Assembly: GCF_028368995.1 (NCBI RefSeq)
Contig: NZ_JAQNDL010000003.1
Span: forward strand, 800,001 to 864,000
Reading direction: 5' to 3'
DNA length: 64,000 bases
Origin: Nannocystis bainbridge
GTDB taxonomy: Bacteria; Myxococcota_A; Polyangia; Nannocystales; Nannocystaceae
A program made the translations under genes and the position numbers. Shown in pieces: positions 59,070-64,000 of the stretch (the first letter of the stretch is position 1; the number at the start of each line of letters is the position of its first letter). The notes under the pieces were generated by a model. It saw only the letters and a list, made by a program, of their open reading frames with translations. It was not told the origin of the DNA and ran no database searches.

Positions 59070-62000
59070 GTGCCGCCCTGCCCATTCTGCGCCATCCCCG
59101 ACAGCCAGATCGTGTGGTCGGACGAGCTCGTGATCGCGGTGCGGGATCTCCATCCGGTCTCGCGCGGCCACACGCTCGTCATTCCCCGGCGCCACGTCGG
59201 CACCTGGTTCGACGCCAGCGCAGCCGAGCGGGAGGCCATTTGGCGAGCGGTCGACGCGATCAAGCACATGCTCGATGCCGGCGACAAGCCAGACGGGTAC
59301 AACGTCGGTTTCAACGCGGGGGCCGCCGCAGGCCAGACGGTCATGCATCTCCACGTGCATGTCATCCCGCGTTACGTCGGCGACATGGACGATCCGCGCG
59401 GGGGGGTCCGCCACGTCATCCCCAGCCGCGGCAACTACCTCCGCGACACTCCGCCGCTCGCTTCGGGCGGCGAGGACGACCCGTTCGCCGCGCACGTCCT
59501 GCCGCTCCTGGCGCGCGCCGAAAAAGTCGACATCGTGTCAGCGTTCGTGCAGGCAAGCGGCCTTGAGCGGATTGAGCATCCCCTCGAGACCGCTCTGCGC
59601 GAGGGCGCTGTCATCCGGATCATCACTGGCGATTACCTTGAGATCACGCAGGTCGAGGCGCTCGAGCTCCTCCTCGACTGGCAGGCGACCCGGGGAGAGC
59701 GGGGGACGCTCGAGGCCAAGGTCGTCGAGGTTGCCGGGCTGCCCGGCCGTACGCGCTCGTTTCATCCCAAGGCCTGGCATCTTGAAGGCCCTGACTTCGG
59801 CGTCGCGTTTGTCGGCAGCTCGAACCTCTCGCGCTCGGCGCTCGACACCGGTATCGAATGGAACCTCAGGGTCGAACGCGATGCCGACGCTCGCGCGTGG
59901 GGCCGCATCCGTGACGCGTTCGCGGCGCTCTGGTCGAGAGCCAAGCCGCTCGACGCGACCTGGATCGCGGCCTATGCCGCCAGGGTACGCGCCCGTCCCG
60001 CCTCGGTGCCGCCGGGCGAGATCGAGGTCGATCCGCCCGTGCGGCTTGCCACGCCCCACGACGTGCAGAAGGAGGCGCTCGCGTGCCTGCGTGCGACTCG
60101 CGAACAGGGCCGACGCCGCGCCCTGGTCGTGCTCGCTACCGGCCTCGGCAAGACCTGGCTAGCGGCCTTCGACTTCGTCCAGCTGTGGGACGAGCTCGGC
60201 CGTGTACCGCGCCTCCTCTTTCTCGCCCATCGCCGTGAACTCCTGCGTCAGGCGGCCGGCACTTACCGGGCGCAGCTGCGCAGTCGCAACGTCAGCGCCC
60301 GCGTCGGCTGGTGCCTCGAAGATCTCGCGGACATCGGCGCCGATCTCGTGTTCGCCTCGATCGCCAAAGCCTCGCGCGCGCCGTGGATCGACCAGCTCGC
60401 CGCCGAGCGGTTCGACTATGTCGTCATTGACGAAGTGCACCACGCGGCTGCGGAGTCGTATCGCAAGATCCTCGCGCGTCTCGATCCGACGTTCCTGCTC
60501 GGTCTCACCGCCACCCCCGATCGTGCCGATGCTGCCGACATCCTCGGCTTGTTCGACGACCACGTCGCCTACCGCGCCGACCTCGCACGCGGGGTCCAGA
60601 TCGGCCGCCTGGTTCCGTTTCGTTACTTCGGTGTCCGCGACGACATCGACTACAAAAACATCCCCTGGCGCCACCATCACTTCGATGCGGAACAGCTCGC
60701 CGCTGCGGCGCAGACCGAGCGCCGTATGCAAACGCTGTGGGTGTCCTGGCAGGCCCATCCAGGCACGCGCACGCTCGTGTTCTGCTGCAGCGTGGCGCAC
60801 GCGGACTACGCCGCCGCCTGGCTGGCGGCGCGGGGCGTGCGAGTTGCCAAGGTTTACGCGGCCCCGGGCTCGGATGACCGCGACCTCGCATTGACACGCT
60901 TGCAGCGCGGCGAGCTCGACGCGATCTGTGCGATCGATATCTTCAATGAAGGCGTCGACGTCCCCGCGCTCGACCGCGTCGTCATGCTACGTCCGACTGA
61001 ATCGAGCGTCGTCTTCCTGCAGCAGCTCGGGCGCGGGCTCCGGGCTGCTCCCGGCAAGCAGGCGGTGACGGTCCTCGACTTCGTCGGTAATCACAAGATC
61101 TTCCTTGAGCGTCTGCGAGCCCTGCTCTCGCTCGGAGATCGTGCCGCGGCGCTCGCCACACTGGTCGCCACCGGCCGCACCGAACTCCCGCACGGCTGCA
61201 CCGTCGAGCTCGAGCTCGAGGCCAAGCGGATCCTCGAGAGCCTGTACCGCCTCGGTGGGGCCGAGCGCGTTGAACAAGCCTACCGGGAGCTGCGCGACAC
61301 TCGCGACCATCGCCCGACCGCGGGCGAGTTGCAGCGTCTCGGATATGCGCCCGCCACCCTGCGCGCTCGCCACGGCAGCTGGTTCGCCTTCGTCGCTGCG
61401 GAAGGTGACCTCACGCCCGAACAGCTGCGCGTGCTCGACAGCGGCTTTCTGGACGACCTCGAAACCACCGAGATGACGAAGAGCTTCAAGATGGTGACGC
61501 TCGACGTGCTCCTCGACGCCGGCGCGCTGTTTTCCGGTCTGTCGGTCCGAGACCTCGCCCTCGGCGCCTGGAGTCGTCTGCGGCGCTCGCCTGAACTTCT
61601 GGCCGATGTGCTCGAGCACGATCGCTTGCCCGCAAATCCCGACGAGTCCGCCGCCCGCCGCTGGGTCGCCTACTGGCGAGACAATCCCATCGCGGCATGG
61701 ACGGCCACCAAGAAGAAGAAACGGACGTGGTTCGTGGTCGACGAGGACGACCGCTTCCGTCTCGCGCTCCCACCCGATCCCGCGCTTCCCGGGCTCGTGC
61801 ACGAGCTCGTCGACTACCGTCTCGCGCGCTACCGCGTGCCGATCAGCGACGACAGCTTTGTTTGCCGGGTAATCTGGAATAAACGCGACCCGATCATCAA
61901 GCTACCCCAGCGGGCGACCGAAAACGTCTCCGGGCAAGAACTCCCCGTTCGTCTGCCCGATGGCTCCGTCTGGCTGTTTCGCTTCGTCACGGGATTCTGC

Positions 62001-63680
62001 AACGTCGCGCGGCCCGTCGGGTCGGCTCGCAACCAGTTGCCAGATCTGCTGCGAAGGTGGTTCGGACCCGCCGCGGGTCAACCCGGCACCGCGTTTGACG
62101 TCCGCTTCGTCGCCAGCCCCGACGGGTTGTGGTGCGAGCCGGTGCAGAGCAACCTGCTCCCGTTCACCCGACGCGCCGTCGTCGCTTATCCGGACCTGCG
62201 CGCTGCGGCTGGTCCCGCGCTCGGGGAAGCCGAGCCGCCCGATTCCGAGCTCGTGCTGTTGCCGGTCGAGGGGGAAGCATCGGATCGGTTCGCGGTGCGT
62301 GTCTCCGGAACATCGATGGACGGCGGTTCGCATCCACTTCGCGACGGTGACTGGGCCATCCTCCGCTACTGCCGCAACTTGCCGGCGAGCGCGCTCACCA
62401 ACTGCATCGCACTCATCCAGCTTCCCGAAGGCAGCTCGTGGCAGCTCAAGCGCATTGTCCAAAGCGAAGGCCGCTGGCGCCTGCTTTCCGACAACCCTGC
62501 GGGTCCGTCGTACGAAGCTACGGAGGACATGCGGGCGATTGCCCGCCTCGAGGGGTCGGTGCGGCCCGAAGATATCGCGCCACCCGTCGGTACGACCATC
62601 ACGGATCTTGAAACCACCTTCGGCATCGCCCGGCCTGCCACCGGCCGATGGGGCGGCCATTTGTTTGTGTTCATCGACAGTCCCGGCCAGCTCGTCGCTC
62701 CCGACAGAGTGCGAGGGTCCGTCGCGCGCCGGCCAGCCGAGACCGCTTTCGTCCTCGCGCAGACCGACGGCGGATTTCAATACCTGGGTGTCGGGCGCTG
62801 GCAAGACGACGGATGGAAAATCCCCGACGTCGACTACCGGACGTGGCAGCGCTGGGGCGACGGACGCACCGTGTCCAGGGTCCTTCCAGATGGCAGCCTT
62901 GCCCGCGCGCAGCGAGTTGTCGACGTGCTCCTCGCCATGCCGAACGCGATGCTTGTCCAGGGGGGGCGGCGTGCCCGCGTTCTCGGTCCGTCGCAGCGCG
63001 GTGGGCTGCGTATCGACGGCGGCGAGGAAGGCTTTGCCGAGCGCTCAATCTCGCTGACCGATCTCGCATGGGTCGCTGTCGCAAGCGACGACGTGCAAGC
63101 CCATGGCGGCGTGCTCGACGAGGCGCGGGTCAACCGCGCGCGCTACCTCGACGGCACGCCCAAGGGCTCGACCCGGTGGATCGACACCGGCTGGGCGCTC
63201 GTTGCCTGGAAGCTGACCGAGCCTCGTCTGGGCTCGTTCGGGCCTCATCGTCCGGTTCGCGCTGACGGCTCGACGATCGACGCGACCTTTCGCCTGGAAG
63301 AGGTCGACGGCCGGCCGAGCATCGTGCTTGAGGCGCGCGGCGGAACCCGCGGTTCGGCCGACGCACGCAATACCGAGTATGCTGTGGGCCTCGAGTTCAT
63401 CCTCGAGCGACTCGCCCAGGCCGAATTGACGCTCGCTGATGCGGCGATCGACACACGCGAGACGGCGCACCTCCCCATCGCAGCTCGACGCCTCGAGCTC
63501 GGGGGGTATCCGGTAAAAATCTTCGACGCAGCCGAACTTCGGCGTCGCCTGAGTACCGCTCAAGCGAAGGTCGGCAAGGCACCTGGCGCCCGGGCGGGCA
63601 ACCCGACACGGCGGCTGCGCCTGTGGCCCGGCGGCGCTGAGCTCGACCTGCCGGCACTGGCGGCGCTCCTGGGGGTGTGA
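59070..63680 (+). CDS. HIT + PLD nuclease + SF2 helicase + S24 peptidase-like fusion; putative restriction/defence protein
   Basis: CPFC, HLHVHVIPR; FHPKAW..GSSNLS; LATGLGKT, DEVHH, LTATPDR, QQLGRGLR; VRVSGTSM..DGD..LKR. Confidence 0.85.
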   Translation: MPPCPFCAIPDSQIVWSDELVIAVRDLHPVSRGHTLVIPRRHVGTWFDASAAEREAIWRAVDAIKHMLDAGDKPDGYNVGFNAGAAAGQTVMHLHVHVIPRYVGDMDDPRGGVRHVIPSRGNYLRDTPPLASGGEDDPFAAHVLPLLARAEKVDIVSAFVQASGLERIEHPLETALREGAVIRIITGDYLEITQVEALELLLDWQATRGERGTLEAKVVEVAGLPGRTRSFHPKAWHLEGPDFGVAFVGSSNLSRSALDTGIEWNLRVERDADARAWGRIRDAFAALWSRAKPLDATWIAAYAARVRARPASVPPGEIEVDPPVRLATPHDVQKEALACLRATREQGRRRALVVLATGLGKTWLAAFDFVQLWDELGRVPRLLFLAHRRELLRQAAGTYRAQLRSRNVSARVGWCLEDLADIGADLVFASIAKASRAPWIDQLAAERFDYVVIDEVHHAAAESYRKILARLDPTFLLGLTATPDRADAADILGLFDDHVAYRADLARGVQIGRLVPFRYFGVRDDIDYKNIPWRHHHFDAEQLAAAAQTERRMQTLWVSWQAHPGTRTLVFCCSVAHADYAAAWLAARGVRVAKVYAAPGSDDRDLALTRLQRGELDAICAIDIFNEGVDVPALDRVVMLRPTESSVVFLQQLGRGLRAAPGKQAVTVLDFVGNHKIFLERLRALLSLGDRAAALATLVATGRTELPHGCTVELELEAKRILESLYRLGGAERVEQAYRELRDTRDHRPTAGELQRLGYAPATLRARHGSWFAFVAAEGDLTPEQLRVLDSGFLDDLETTEMTKSFKMVTLDVLLDAGALFSGLSVRDLALGAWSRLRRSPELLADVLEHDRLPANPDESAARRWVAYWRDNPIAAWTATKKKKRTWFVVDEDDRFRLALPPDPALPGLVHELVDYRLARYRVPISDDSFVCRVIWNKRDPIIKLPQRATENVSGQELPVRLPDGSVWLFRFVTGFCNVARPVGSARNQLPDLLRRWFGPAAGQPGTAFDVRFVASPDGLWCEPVQSNLLPFTRRAVVAYPDLRAAAGPALGEAEPPDSELVLLPVEGEASDRFAVRVSGTSMDGGSHPLRDGDWAILRYCRNLPASALTNCIALIQLPEGSSWQLKRIVQSEGRWRLLSDNPAGPSYEATEDMRAIARLEGSVRPEDIAPPVGTTITDLETTFGIARPATGRWGGHLFVFIDSPGQLVAPDRVRGSVARRPAETAFVLAQTDGGFQYLGVGRWQDDGWKIPDVDYRTWQRWGDGRTVSRVLPDGSLARAQRVVDVLLAMPNAMLVQGGRRARVLGPSQRGGLRIDGGEEGFAERSISLTDLAWVAVASDDVQAHGGVLDEARVNRARYLDGTPKGSTRWIDTGWALVAWKLTEPRLGSFGPHRPVRADGSTIDATFRLEEVDGRPSIVLEARGGTRGSADARNTEYAVGLEFILERLAQAELTLADAAIDTRETAHLPIAARRLELGGYPVKIFDAAELRRRLSTAQAKVGKAPGARAGNPTRRLRLWPGGAELDLPALAALLGV

Positions 63681-63768
63681 GAGGTCGGAAACCGTCTCGC
63701 TCGTCGCTTCGCCGGCCGAGTCCGCGAACCGCCGCAACTGGGTAGTGCCCATTCATTCAAAATTCCCG

Positions 63769-64000
63769 TCAACTCCCTCTGGACCGGCTGTAGCGATCAT
63801 CCCGCCACGGATGCGCCGAACTCGAATACCCGTTCATCTCCCAGAACCCCAGCTTCTCGCGCGTCAGCAGCTGGATGCGGCTGATCCACTTCGACCCTTT
63901 CCACGCATACAGCTGCGGCGTGATCATGCGGACTGGCCCGCCGTGTTCCACGGCCAGCTCGCGGCCGTCGACCGTGTGGGCCAGCAGCACATCGGGTTTG
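63769..64000 (-). CDS. Molybdopterin-dependent sulfite-oxidase-like oxidoreductase, C-terminal part
   Basis: EHGGPVRMITPQLYAWKGSKW..GFWEMNGYS. Confidence 0.85.
   Translation of the reverse strand, partial: KPDVLLAHTVDGRELAVEHGGPVRMITPQLYAWKGSKWISRIQLLTREKLGFWEMNGYSSSAHPWRDDRYSRSRGS

Overview
High-GC bacterial DNA; Cys-rich lipoproteins, a Ser/Thr kinase and MbnP/H suggest a myxobacterium (inference). The main feature is a ~26-29 kb integrated element (~2.8/5.2-31.4 kb). It ends in an excisionase + tyrosine integrase and carries one long, translationally coupled + strand operon. I see no terminase, portal, HK97 capsid, tail, relaxase or T4SS gene in it. It encodes ten proteins with a C-terminal membrane anchor and basic tail (most with no signal peptide), two anchored murein-hydrolase-like enzymes, a Clp-fold protease, two adjacent beta-rich candidate structural proteins, and a 2742-aa DarB-like methyltransferase-SNF2 helicase whose N-terminal domain is duplicated as a separate upstream gene. 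This looks like an undescribed membrane-containing provirus or vesicle-type element. The left edge holds the start of a radical SAM enzyme directly downstream of a Trp/Cys-tailed candidate substrate. The right half has a decayed integrase copy, an HTTM pair, a Ser/Thr kinase, a cobalamin riboswitch, MbnP/MbnH, an intact ISL3 with target duplication, two USPs, nrfHA, an IS3 remnant and a HIT-PLD-helicase-S24 fusion. All assignments come from reading motifs by eye; no searches were run.
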